Made by a program: the position numbers and the translations under genes
The notes under the pieces: generated by a model
What the model saw: only the letters and a program-made list of their open reading frames with translations
Database searches by the model: none
What the model was told of the DNA's origin: nothing
In this document: positions 12,170-23,039 of the stretch, in pieces
Numbering within the stretch: the stretch's first letter is position 1
How the letters are laid out: each line of letters opens with the position of its first letter
NCBI GenBank assembly: GCA_048013815.1
Contig: CM106585.1
Location: forward strand, 6,510,001 to 6,574,000
Source of the DNA: Setoptus koraiensis
Taxonomy: Eukaryota; Animalia; Arthropoda
Reading direction: 5' to 3'
Length of the DNA: 64,000 bases

Positions 12170-12544
12170 TCTGGTTCCTGTCCGAAAATTGAATGTAATA
12201 ATATATGCAATGATACCATCATATTATTATGCAATATCGAAAAATGTATGATGGAATGAATGATAAACAAAATGGTATCAGCCGACCTCTCTTCATCGGC
12301 ATGCGGCTTCTGCACTGTCAGTACGTGCGTGCGTTTGTTTGTGTTTGTTTGGTGTTTGTGTTTATAAAAAGAAAACACATGACTCGCTCGATTTTCCGAA
12401 ATCTGATCCATTTTAATGTTCTTTTTGAAAGGAAAAATGAACAACTTTAGTGACAATTACACAAAACTAACACTAATTATTAAGAATATAATTGATTTCC
12501 AGCTATCACCATCAAAGTAACTGATAGACCAAATTCCATCCAAT

Positions 12545-13150
12545 ATGGCTGCTATTCATGTAAGCTGTTGCTCGAGGCGTGCCACAACACCAACCTATCT
12601 ATTCGATCCAGATAAACTGACAAAATTAAAATCTTGGCCCACAATCAAGCAAGAACTTGGCAAGTACAATCTTGTCGCTCGACCTCTTTGTTCGGACGAT
12701 TATCACAATGGTTACCTAGAATTATTAAGTCAATTAACAGTCGTTGGTGAGATTGACTCGACCACATTCGCGAGACGATTCGACGAAATGAAACAAATCA
12801 ACATGAATGCCAGCGTCGATCATTATGTAATTGTTGTGATCGAGGATTCCGTTGCCAGGAAGATAGTCGGGGCATCAACATTGTTTCTCGAGTTTAAGTT
12901 CATCCATCAATGTGCCTACAGAGCACGTCTTGAAGATGTTGCCGTTTTGGACAGTTATAGAGGAAAACGAATTGGTCAAATTGTAGTGAAATTAATCGTA
13001 GATTTGGCCAATGAGGTGTATCATTGCTACAAGATTAGTCTGGATTGTAAAGATGATTTAGTGCCTTTCTACGAGAAGAATGATTTCAAATTACAATGCC
13101 ACATGATGGGCATAAGATTTGATGAGGCTACACTAGCCATAGACGGGTAG
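12545..13150 (+). CDS. GNPNAT1: Glucosamine-6-phosphate N-acetyltransferase
   Basis: ARPLCSDDYHNGYLELLSQLT, EFKFIH...RARLEDVAV...RGKRIG, CYKISLDCKDDLVPFYEK. Confidence 0.95.
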   Translation: MAAIHVSCCSRRATTPTYLFDPDKLTKLKSWPTIKQELGKYNLVARPLCSDDYHNGYLELLSQLTVVGEIDSTTFARRFDEMKQINMNASVDHYVIVVIEDSVARKIVGASTLFLEFKFIHQCAYRARLEDVAVLDSYRGKRIGQIVVKLIVDLANEVYHCYKISLDCKDDLVPFYEKNDFKLQCHMMGIRFDEATLAIDG

Positions 13151-13189
13151 TGACTGTTGCAAACAAATTTTTATTCATATGAAATAAAA

Positions 13190-13328
13190 CTATCGTTCCA
13201 ATGATTTATTCCGCTGATGGATTTGGTTTTCTATCCATTGCAATGCATCCATCTGCGCGTTCAAAACCATTTCTATCTGATTGATGGGGTCAGTGGTGTC
13301 CTCTTCGGTGCTGGTATCATTCAGTCTT
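13190..13328 (-). pseudogene. NUP62: Isolated NUP62/Nsp1-like C-terminal coiled-coil exon (45 aa)
   Basis: RLNDTSTEEDTTDPINQIEMVLNAQMDALQWIENQI resembles the Nup62 tail (DPLQQICKILNAHMDSLQWID). It is preceded by a pyrimidine tract and AG (13330-13329). No upstream Nup62 exons are recognisable. Confidence 0.55.
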
Positions 13329-14201
13329 CTGGAATGGAAAAATCAGTATGGAGGTATCATTCAGTGAACATTGTAAGTGATTGTGGAACGTCCAACAGTG
13401 CACGATCTCATTGACTTTGTGTCATTCTATTGATATCTGTAATGTGTCCGTCGAAAAAGTTGCAGCAGAATAAATTGTTTCGTAACCAAAGCTCTTTATC
13501 TTGCATTTTCTTCTGGCTAGCATGATTAGCAGCTCTCTACAAAGTGCGCCCTCGCTCTGGATGCCGAAAATTGTGCAGGCGGGACGGATCGATCTCGACG
13601 GAAAGGCACAATCCCTCAGATGTAGGCGAACTTCGCACGAGTTATGATGGAGACAAATAGGCTCGTTTATGCATGCTTTCGAGGTCGAGCCTGCGGACAA
13701 TGGAATCGACTCTCTCATTGATTTGGTTGTATCCACCATCAAAAGCCTACTATTTGTTCTTGTTAGCGAGATATACCGAACATATCCTATTCCAATCGTT
13801 TCTCATAAAGCCGCGCAACGTGACGTGATATTTGCATAGCATAATGATACCCGGACATGGGTCTCAAATTTGGAATGGATAATCCAGGCCTCGAATCAAA
13901 TCGACACCCATTCTCCGGGTTAAAAGTTACAAAGTTCGGGACTCCACAGTTTCGATCCTCGCATAAGCTACTGTTTCATTCTCCTACGACCGTCTAAAAA
14001 GTAAACATCCCAACATTTTTCAACTCTACTGGCAGATTCATTGTGGCATCCACTTCTTTACAGCAAGTCGATAATTAAATTGAGCGGTGCAGACATAGTA
14101 CACAGACGGGTAGTCGGATAAAGATGGAAATTAAACCGATTTCGCCTAACATATTCATAATGCTACACCAAGTTGTTCTTGACTGTCTCGAAGTGGCCGG
14201 A

Positions 14202-16622
14202 TCATTCATTCAAAAGCTTCAGCAGCAGCCATCTCAAATGTCGTGCCTGATAAGTTACAGTATCCTTTCCGGAAACGAAATCATCATCCGAAAAATGCTC
14301 AAAAGGGTTCACCAAAATAGATAAATTGTCACCGATGAAGGCCTCTGTTTGATGCTGGTCTGCTGGTGTTTGTTTTGAGCTAGCTTTGATTGTGAGTCCA
14401 TATTTCTCGCATTCCATTAGAAAATCTATACATTGCATCAGAACATTGTCACTAACCACAGTGGTCATTTTACAAATATTTTCCAGCATTGATAATATGC
14501 ATCTTTTTGCGTAGAACCATGTGTCTCGGTTGAGTTTCTTTCCAACGGGTTCTACACTCTTTATTATTCGTGTTATACCAAACTCATAATTGGATTTGAC
14601 ACAGTATAATGTTCCAATAACTAGATTGATGATGCACGAATGCATTGGTATAGTTTGTTGATCGTAAGTTGACAATCTACTCTGATGATCTATGTCACTA
14701 TCGTAGATGATATTGTCGATTGTTTGTTTTGTCTCTAAATCGTCCTCCAGCGAGCTTAATCTGGGCCCATTCTTCAACTTGATCAGGGTCTGTCTAGCCA
14801 CTTGTCTAGAGTACTTTTTTTGTTGCAACCGATTGTTGTCATTATCATCAGATTGGTCGGTGGTTTTTTCGCCATTTACAAGTTCGTTCTCCTCCAACTC
14901 AACCTTTCTCATGAGTTCTTGAGCGTCCTCATTTTGGCCGATAAGCACATAAGACACACAAAGGTTGGCTATAATCATTGGATCAACGCTGAGTAAATGT
15001 TTGAAGTTGTCTCTGATGAATGGTTCGTAAAACAGAAGAACCTCTTTAAATTTTGAGTCTTGCATGTAGAGTGTATGGGCAACATTTAATTTCCAGACAT
15101 GGTGGTCGCTAAATATCTCCGCTGTCTTCCTGAACAATCTTTCCAGCGCCTTGAAATGATTTCCAGTCCAAAGAATGTGACCTAAGCTCATAAGTATCTC
15201 AATTCCAAACTCCAATTCGTTATTGTAAGTAATTTTGTTACTTTCTATCACTGCCAAGTTTGTAGCTGTCTCATCGGTCGATTCATTTTTCAGTGTTCTC
15301 ACTTTTTCCATTTGTTTCTCTAGCAATTGATACAGTTTCCTGTAGCCATCCGTATCAGACGAATGTTTAGTTATAACACCATCCAAGAACATGAACATAT
15401 CCTCACTGAGATATCTAAAAGTAATTTGTTCATCCTCCATAGTGAGTCTCGTAGCAATATCAAAGTGATTATTAGTGATATATATCAATAGTATATTAAA
15501 AAATGCCTCATCGGGCACTGTAGCATCCTGTGTTGTTGCGCTCATCAATAAGAATCTTAACTTGTCAAAACTTGATAGTGGTTCGCAATCTAAATTAATA
15601 AGGCCCAAATTGTGCAAAGTTGTCGGATCGAGCTCGTCCTGATTTCTTGGTGGCATGTCGGTGAGGGCTTGCTTTGCACTAGCTAAATCGTCCAGGAGAT
15701 AATAGATTGAGGCCTTCAGATTGAATGCCCCGATCAAGCACGATTGTTCCAGCTTGCGTGAGTTGCCTACGCTATTTATCTCTAAATCATTTGTATTTGA
15801 GCCAATGTTTAACTCGGGATAAGCGGACACACCGAATGCTATGATCTCACCAACGAGATCCAAAGCCTTGTTGTAATTCTCCAGCATGTAATAATTAAGA
15901 GCCAGATTATACTTTATATCTAAAAGTGATTTTTCGTCGTGATTATCATTATTGTTTGGCCTCAACTCGCTCATCAATGATTGAAGGATTGCTATAGCTT
16001 CATGATGTAGTTTTTGTTTGGTCAAACAAGAGGCCAGATTGAACATTCTATTCTGAAGTGCAGACCTATTTTCCGGATAAGATGAGTTCACTTTGGAATC
16101 GAACAGACTTCGAGCAGCTGCGATGTCGCCTTGACTAAACTTAATCAAAGCCTGAAGCGTCTTTAGTCTGGATTTATAGTCCTGACAAGACTCGATGGAA
16201 AGATGTTGATTGGTGTTGATTGATTCCCTATTTGCTTCATCAATATATATATCAGATATAATTTTGTCCAGTTTACGATCTAAACTAATAGTCGCCCTAA
16301 TAGAGAGATCGAACTCTCCACTTGAATACAAAGCATTTGCGTAGTTGTAACTATGCTCCAGATATCGTGATAATTTTGCCTTGTCTGATGCCATGGTTTC
16401 TCTTGGTTGCTCCAAGATAATTTTTAACTGGTTATAACAATTACACGCCTCACTATAATCTTGGGCCATGTAGTAACAATAACCCATGAGAGATAACAAA
16501 GATTCCGAAGGTTCATGCTCAATGGAGATAGCTTGCAACTGTTTGATGGCATACAAATAATTGCCCTTCTTGATTTCACCGTAAACAATCGAAGTCAACG
16601 ATGTAACTCTTGCGGCCGACAT
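14202..16622 (-). CDS. TTC30: Tetratricopeptide repeat protein 30 / IFT70 (fleer/DYF-1)
   Basis: LEQSCLIGAFNLKASIYY, LTDMPPRNQDELDPTTLHN, WKLNVAHTLYMQDSKFKE, HSCIINLVIGTLYCVKSNYEFGITRIIKS; first ATG at 16622. Confidence 0.95.
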   Translation of the reverse strand: MSAARVTSLTSIVYGEIKKGNYLYAIKQLQAISIEHEPSESLLSLMGYCYYMAQDYSEACNCYNQLKIILEQPRETMASDKAKLSRYLEHSYNYANALYSSGEFDLSIRATISLDRKLDKIISDIYIDEANRESINTNQHLSIESCQDYKSRLKTLQALIKFSQGDIAAARSLFDSKVNSSYPENRSALQNRMFNLASCLTKQKLHHEAIAILQSLMSELRPNNNDNHDEKSLLDIKYNLALNYYMLENYNKALDLVGEIIAFGVSAYPELNIGSNTNDLEINSVGNSRKLEQSCLIGAFNLKASIYYLLDDLASAKQALTDMPPRNQDELDPTTLHNLGLINLDCEPLSSFDKLRFLLMSATTQDATVPDEAFFNILLIYITNNHFDIATRLTMEDEQITFRYLSEDMFMFLDGVITKHSSDTDGYRKLYQLLEKQMEKVRTLKNESTDETATNLAVIESNKITYNNELEFGIEILMSLGHILWTGNHFKALERLFRKTAEIFSDHHVWKLNVAHTLYMQDSKFKEVLLFYEPFIRDNFKHLLSVDPMIIANLCVSYVLIGQNEDAQELMRKVELEENELVNGEKTTDQSDDNDNNRLQQKKYSRQVARQTLIKLKNGPRLSSLEDDLETKQTIDNIIYDSDIDHQSRLSTYDQQTIPMHSCIINLVIGTLYCVKSNYEFGITRIIKSVEPVGKKLNRDTWFYAKRCILSMLENICKMTTVVSDNVLMQCIDFLMECEKYGLTIKASSKQTPADQHQTEAFIGDNLSILVNPFEHFSDDDFVSGKDTVTYQARHLRWLLLKLLNE

Positions 16623-16908
16623 GGCTAATATAAATTCAGTTACATCTGTCCAGCAACGTAATGATGGCAATTACTTCATGATTGAAGTTAAATCAAATAT
16701 TGTTTAGAATGATTGTCCTAATAAAGAACGAGCGAACAAATGAATGAGAAAAAAAGGGAAACGTCAGGTTTCCATGACTACCAAGAGCAGAAAATATTAA
16801 CATATAATACTGTTGATAATAAAGACTCAATAATTGAACAGCTTTTATTGGTGGTAGAAAAAAAATCACGACTTTGTTTTTGTTACTCCACAGTTACTCA
16901 GATAAATA

Positions 16909-16998
16909 CTAGTTGTTGGCCGATCTTTTGGCCGACCTTGATGGCATTCTCCCCATGCCCATACATTTCTCGAGGTGTGGCGCTAGCCTGGCAGCGGC
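16909..16998 (-). CDS. SGF11: Sgf11 C-terminal half of the zinc finger, running into the N gap
   Basis: Hand translation AAARLAPHLEKCMGMGRMPSRSAKRSANN* matches Sgf11 ASRFAPHLEKCxGMGRNSSR. Confidence 0.88.
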   Translation of the reverse strand, partial: AAARLAPHLEKCMGMGRMPSRSAKRSANN

Positions 16999-17498
16999 NN
17001 NNNNNNNNNNNNNNNNNNNNNNNNNNNNNNNNNNNNNNNNNNNNNNNNNNNNNNNNNNNNNNNNNNNNNNNNNNNNNNNNNNNNNNNNNNNNNNNNNNNN
17101 NNNNNNNNNNNNNNNNNNNNNNNNNNNNNNNNNNNNNNNNNNNNNNNNNNNNNNNNNNNNNNNNNNNNNNNNNNNNNNNNNNNNNNNNNNNNNNNNNNNN
17201 NNNNNNNNNNNNNNNNNNNNNNNNNNNNNNNNNNNNNNNNNNNNNNNNNNNNNNNNNNNNNNNNNNNNNNNNNNNNNNNNNNNNNNNNNNNNNNNNNNNN
17301 NNNNNNNNNNNNNNNNNNNNNNNNNNNNNNNNNNNNNNNNNNNNNNNNNNNNNNNNNNNNNNNNNNNNNNNNNNNNNNNNNNNNNNNNNNNNNNNNNNNN
17401 NNNNNNNNNNNNNNNNNNNNNNNNNNNNNNNNNNNNNNNNNNNNNNNNNNNNNNNNNNNNNNNNNNNNNNNNNNNNNNNNNNNNNNNNNNNNNNNNNN
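16999..17498. other. Assembly gap (500 N)
   Basis: Run of N. Confidence 1.
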
Positions 17499-17851
17499 TG
17501 GGGGGTTCATTGGTGTTTTTAGGTGTGGTGTTGGGGAGGGTGTTGGAATCGATGTAGAGGAGGTCCTATCTTTCTGCCTTACTGGGGGGGGGGGGGTACG
17601 GGATAGTGGGGTATTTATGGTCAACATGCAAAGGTCACTTGGGAATTTCGATAAAATTTGTAATGATGGTTTGGGGGTGTATAGGTGGGTATTACGATGA
17701 GTGTAGGGGAGTGACGTGAGGTGGACATGAGTGTCGGGTTGTATTATGGGGATGTAGGAGGAATGGTGGTTGGGAGGGGGAGATGGGTTGGGGAGGGGAC
17801 GGCTGGGGGAGAGGCTGGGGGGCCGGGTTGGGGGGGAGAGGGGAATGCGGG

Positions 17852-17891
<40 letters not shown>

Positions 17892-18984
17892 GGGGGGGGG
17901 GGTGTGATCTGCTAGGGATGTGGTGTGGGTGGTTGAGATTGGGTTTGGGGTGTGGGGGTGTTGTGTTGTTGGGGGGATGGGGTGTTTGAATGTGGGGAGT
18001 GGGGGTTTTAGGACTAGAGACTCTCGAGATTACGTGGGCCAAGAATATCGCCTGGTGACCGTGGCAAAGGGGGCTATGCTAAAAGTAGGGGGGGGGGGGG
18101 GGTTGGGGGGGGTGGGGGTGGGGGGGGGGGGGCGGGGGGGGTGGGGGGGTCAGGAGTTGCACTGCTCCCGCTTGAGGGGTGGGGGGGGGGGCGGGGGGGG
18201 GACTGACCAGCAGGAACACATAGCACTAAGAAATTCCCGTGCGATACAGTACTACAGCTGACCATGCGACTAAGATAAACACTGCGTTTACTAAACGCGA
18301 TACAATGATCCACAAAGCGGAAACCACATATATTACAGTCTTGTTAGTAACGAAGTAGCTCATCATTTTAATATGTAATACGTAGTATCTCTCCCACCCA
18401 TAGATATGAAGTCTAATCATCAAGCTTGAAAACTATCCCATGATGGCAGTAAGAAAAACTGTGATTTCACCAGTACGTCCACTCTCACCAAACCATTTCG
18501 AAACATTTTTACTAGAAATTAGCGGCATCTGAACCGCAAGTCCGTTCGTCTGTCTGCAGCGTAGCGCGCGCGCTTTTGCTCAAGAGCGGTTTATGTATGG
18601 TGGTTGCCATTCTCTACGCCCCTCTCCCCCCCCCATGCGCGGCGCCAACCCGCAATCTGCTATCCGCACACCCCCATCAATACCCTCAAGTTGAGACTCC
18701 AACCCTCTCAAGCGATGGAGAAATAGGGGTGGGGGGGGGGGGGAGGGGGGTGGGGGCCAAGATTTGCAACACACCACCCCAACCGATGCACCTAACACGG
18801 CGCCGCTAACCCGCTCCACAAGGATGGGACCCAGCGGGGGGGGGCTCACCACCACATACACCGCAAATGCAAACCTTGGGGCAACACCGCACGAGCGGGG
18901 GGGGGGGGTGGGGGGGGGGGGGGGGTGGGGGGGCGGGGGAGGGGGGGGGTATCTATAATGGGGGAGGGAGGGTGGGGGGTGGGG

Positions 18985-19021
<37 letters not shown>

Positions 19022-19900
19022 GGGGAGAGGGGGGGGGGGGGGGAAAAAACCCCCCACAACTCAACCAACACCCCCCCATCAAACCTACCCCCACCCAACC
19101 CCCCCCACCAACAAAACTTGAGTGCCTCCCCCCTCTCAAAAAACGCCCACCACCCCACAACACCCAAATCACCACCAAAAAAGGGGGGGGACCCTCCTCC
19201 CCCCGAACACCCCTCCCCCTCACCGACCACCCACCCCCCACACCCCCCCACCCCACCCGCCGAAACAGCCCCCCCCACCCCTCCTACCCCACATCCGGTA
19301 CAACGACCCTACCCCCCCCCTCCACAGCCCATGCCGCCCACCCCCCGCCTCCTCCCCGCCTCCCGCACCACCCCCACCACCAGACCCCCGCTGCATCAGC
19401 CGCGTCCGGACTCGCTCCCCCCCACCCCACCCCCCCGCATCAACTGAGCCCGCCCAAGCACACTCATCATTCTACCCCAGCCCAACTCGCCTACACTCCC
19501 AACCCACAGGCACTACCCGGCCCCATCCCACCCGACCAACCCTCGCCCGAGCAGAAAGGCCTCTACATCACGGGCCCCCCCCGCGGGGACGAAAGGGGGG
19601 GGGGGGGGGGGGGGGTGGGGAGGGAGGGGTGGGGGGGGAAACTCATACAGGATGTATTTCAGACTATAGCCCCCCTCTCTGCCCCCCACCCCCCACTCCC
19701 ACCCGGCCTCGGGATTGGCCACCCAATATTAACGCCACCACCCCCACCCCCAAACGCCCACACCCCCCCGCACACCACCAGACCCCGCCCAAACCCAGCA
19801 CACTGCCTCCTCCCCCCCCCTCCCTCCCGACCCTCACCCCTGCCTTCCGCCCCAGATCCCCCCCCCCGCACCCCCCCCCCCACCCCCCCCCGCGACCCTT
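17499..19900. other. Low-quality G-/C-homopolymer-laden sequence adjoining the gap (probable sequencing or gap-fill artefact)
   Basis: Long poly-G then poly-C runs interspersed with normal-looking fragments; composition unlike the rest of the window. Confidence 0.8.
18226..18540 (-). other. Error-ridden fragment of a class A GPCR (TM2 end to TM4)
   Basis: MPLISSKNVSKWFGESG...FLTAIMG*FSSLMIRLHIYGWERYYVLHIKMMSYFVTNKTVIYVVSALWII shows an ECL1 W-FG motif, the ERY motif and the TM4 Trp 26 residues after the ERY Arg. There is one in-frame stop. Confidence 0.45.
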
Positions 19901-20485
19901 GTGAGGAAACCGGCCCCACAAAACAGAGCACACACACATTACACCAACAACTAGCCACTAATGATGATATTGTTGCATCATTGTTGTTGCCTCCACTATT
20001 ATTATTATTATTATTGGCATGATCTAGCTGGCTGCTGGCGATAACGAGTCGTTGTCGTAATCTACGTGCTTCATTATTATCAACACACATACTGTTATTA
20101 TCACACTTGGCAATACAATCTATGCCAAGGCTCCTCGCTACCCATCTAAACACCATTGTCCTGGCCGGTTGTTGTTGTCGTTGTTGTTGCTGTTGTTCTG
20201 CCTGCATCAACAATATCAACAATATCACACAAAAATAAAACTACGGATCATTACCATTACTGCTTATATTCAATATTTGTTATTATTTAGATTTATTGTG
20301 TCTAAATTATTATTATTATTATTATCATTATTACAGAGATTATAAACGACAACCCCAGGCACATCACCTCTCACAGGTTCAACCGATCAATATTATTACC
20401 ATATCCAAATCACCCATTCATAGATAGATATCCATTATCATTATTACAGTCAGCAGAACCGGCACACACACACACACCTCAAAAT

Positions 20486-22585
20486 ATGGCCTCAACTCGA
20501 AAAAGCGAGTTCAATCTCGATCCGGAGACCATCTTCACCAAATTGGAACGCATTGGCCGGGGCTCCTTTGGCGAGGTCTTCAAAGGCATCGATAATCGCA
20601 CCCAGCAAGTGGTGGCTATTAAAATTATTGATCTAGAGGAGGCAGAAGACGAAATTGAAGACATCCAACAAGAAATCATGGTCCTAAGTCAATGTGATTC
20701 GCCCTATGTTACAAAATATTACGGTTCCTATCTCAAGGGAACAAAATTGTGGATAATAATGGAATATTTAGGCGGTGGCTCCGCTTTGGATCTTATGAAA
20801 GCGGGCCAATTCGAAGAAATGTACGTGGCCATTATATTGCGTGAAGTACTCAAAGGACTAGACTATTTGCATTCGGAAAGAAAATTACACAGAGACATTA
20901 AGGCGGCCAATATTTTACTATCAGAGATGGGCGATGTCAAACTGGCCGATTTTGGTGTTGCTGGCCAGCTCACTAGTACAACCAGTAAAAGGAGCACATT
21001 TGTGGGTAGTCCCTATTGGATGTCACCAGAAACTATCAGACAATCGGCCTATGATTCCAAAGCGGACATTTGGAGTTTAGGCATCACGGCCATAGAACTA
21101 GCCAAAGGTGAACCACCCAATTCTGAAATGCATCCTATGCGTGTCTTATTTCTTATACCTAAGAATAATCCACCACAATTGTCGGGCGACTATTCAAAAC
21201 AATTCAGGGAATTTGTTGAAGCTTGCCTCAACAAAGATCCGGAAAATCGTCCCTCTGCTAAGGAGTTGTTGAAGTTTCCATTTATCAGGAAAGCCAAAAA
21301 GAATTCTTATCTTATAGATCTGACTGAGCGATTTAAACGCTGGCGAGCGATAGGCACTGTTAATAATGACAGTGATGATTCAGAAGCATCCGATTCTGAT
21401 GACTTGAAAAACAAATCTACTCTGAGTAGTACCATGAATTGGGATCTCACCATTAAACCACAAACTGTTAGTCGACTTGTAGATCAGCAAATACTGAGCC
21501 AAAATCAAGCAGTTGATCAGATAGCTAATCTCAAAGTAGGAGCAACCGAGGACAATAGTAGAGACTCCTTTAAAGCCCCAACAGAATCAAATATGCAATC
21601 AAAAAATCAATCAAAAATGGGCAACAATTTGAGTGAAATCGACTCTAAAGCCGCTTCATCTCTCGAATCATATTACAATCACAATAATAATGATGAGATC
21701 GGGAACAAGAGTAAAAATGCAAATGGTATTTATGATGAGAATAATCATAATGTTAGCAGAGCTACCACAGAATCTAAAGTCACAGATAGCACCCTTAACA
21801 CACCTAGTCAAACACAAAACAATTTGATGTCAGCAGAATACGGAGACACCAAGCCATTTATTGATACCGTCGCTCAATCTTCCAGTTCTTATCACCATCA
21901 AAGTAGTGCAGAACAATCCGTTAGCGATGAAGAGTTAGTATCAAATCCTAATCGAAGATCTGACCAAGCAAACCAAATGAAGGCTGTGCCAAGAAATAAC
22001 AATCAACAACAAAATCAGACACATCAAGGGCATCGTCAGAAATCAAATACAAACAGTACGAACTCATTCAATCCAACATCATCTCAACACACTTCTAATG
22101 CGACCGCCCAGCAAAATATTGTCTTGGAACAGCAACAATATTCTTTACTGCACAATCAATCATCCAGCCAATATCCTTGCGGCAATGAGATTGTGAACTC
22201 TATACTAGATGAACTGATTCTAGAATGTAAAAACAATCTAGCAGCTATTAATTCATCGGCAAACCCATCAGCCAATAGTGTCGCTTGTTTAAATTCAAAA
22301 ATTGAGGCCATAAGAGAGTTATATAAAGCATTTGACGGAGCAAACCAGCAATGTCAGGGCATAGGTGATTATTTTGCAAAAAGAATAGCATGTAGTTTAT
22401 TCAATAAGACTTTCGAGTCTAGTGAGTTTGTAATTAAGATTGAACCACAACTTGTCGTGCCTTTGAATAAGAGAACGGCATCAGGTCCGTTGTCTCAACA
22501 CCGCAATCAACATAGCCAGAATATTAGCAGTAACCAGGAGCAATATAAGAGTTCTCATCTGTTACGAAATAATTTCAACTCCTAA
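20486..22585 (+). CDS. GckIII: STE20-family GCK-III kinase (STK24/25/26-like), intronless
   Basis: [42 protein letters not shown]... kinase domain; degenerate PDCD10-binding helical tail. Confidence 0.96.
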   Translation: MASTRKSEFNLDPETIFTKLERIGRGSFGEVFKGIDNRTQQVVAIKIIDLEEAEDEIEDIQQEIMVLSQCDSPYVTKYYGSYLKGTKLWIIMEYLGGGSALDLMKAGQFEEMYVAIILREVLKGLDYLHSERKLHRDIKAANILLSEMGDVKLADFGVAGQLTSTTSKRSTFVGSPYWMSPETIRQSAYDSKADIWSLGITAIELAKGEPPNSEMHPMRVLFLIPKNNPPQLSGDYSKQFREFVEACLNKDPENRPSAKELLKFPFIRKAKKNSYLIDLTERFKRWRAIGTVNNDSDDSEASDSDDLKNKSTLSSTMNWDLTIKPQTVSRLVDQQILSQNQAVDQIANLKVGATEDNSRDSFKAPTESNMQSKNQSKMGNNLSEIDSKAASSLESYYNHNNNDEIGNKSKNANGIYDENNHNVSRATTESKVTDSTLNTPSQTQNNLMSAEYGDTKPFIDTVAQSSSSYHHQSSAEQSVSDEELVSNPNRRSDQANQMKAVPRNNNQQQNQTHQGHRQKSNTNSTNSFNPTSSQHTSNATAQQNIVLEQQQYSLLHNQSSSQYPCGNEIVNSILDELILECKNNLAAINSSANPSANSVACLNSKIEAIRELYKAFDGANQQCQGIGDYFAKRIACSLFNKTFESSEFVIKIEPQLVVPLNKRTASGPLSQHRNQHSQNISSNQEQYKSSHLLRNNFNS

Positions 22586-23039
22586 AAGGACGCACATATT
22601 GATTAAGTATGTCTATGTTATCAAACTCTAGTATTATTATATAAATATAGCCTTAATGTAAAGGACATAGATATTTGACGATTATGTTCGCTGACTTTAT
22701 TAGTTAATTACAGCTCGCTAAAATAAGAGTTGGCAGTTAGAATCCAGCATAGTGATAATATAATTATTAGAACTTACTAATTATTAACTTATATGAAAAC
22801 AATCGTTGATACTGTAGTACAAAGACAGAATAATATAGAGGTTGAGCATCAATTTACTAGTTCGAACTTCCTCTTATAAATAACGCTGTTACTCAAAAAA
22901 AGTCCCACTTGTATGACTCACCTCGCGACATGAATCCTGAGACACCCTGTCCAGTTCAACACTTTCTAATGTTGATAGCTATAATACATAAATTTAGAGT
23001 CAGTTGGCTCCATTCTGCCGAAAAGTTGAGACACCCCTA

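Noticed and set aside
16740-20022. Long Pro/Gly-rich ORFs (e.g. 18925-20022, 19122-19904) and X-filled ORFs
   Set aside because: They are products of homopolymer noise and the N gap.
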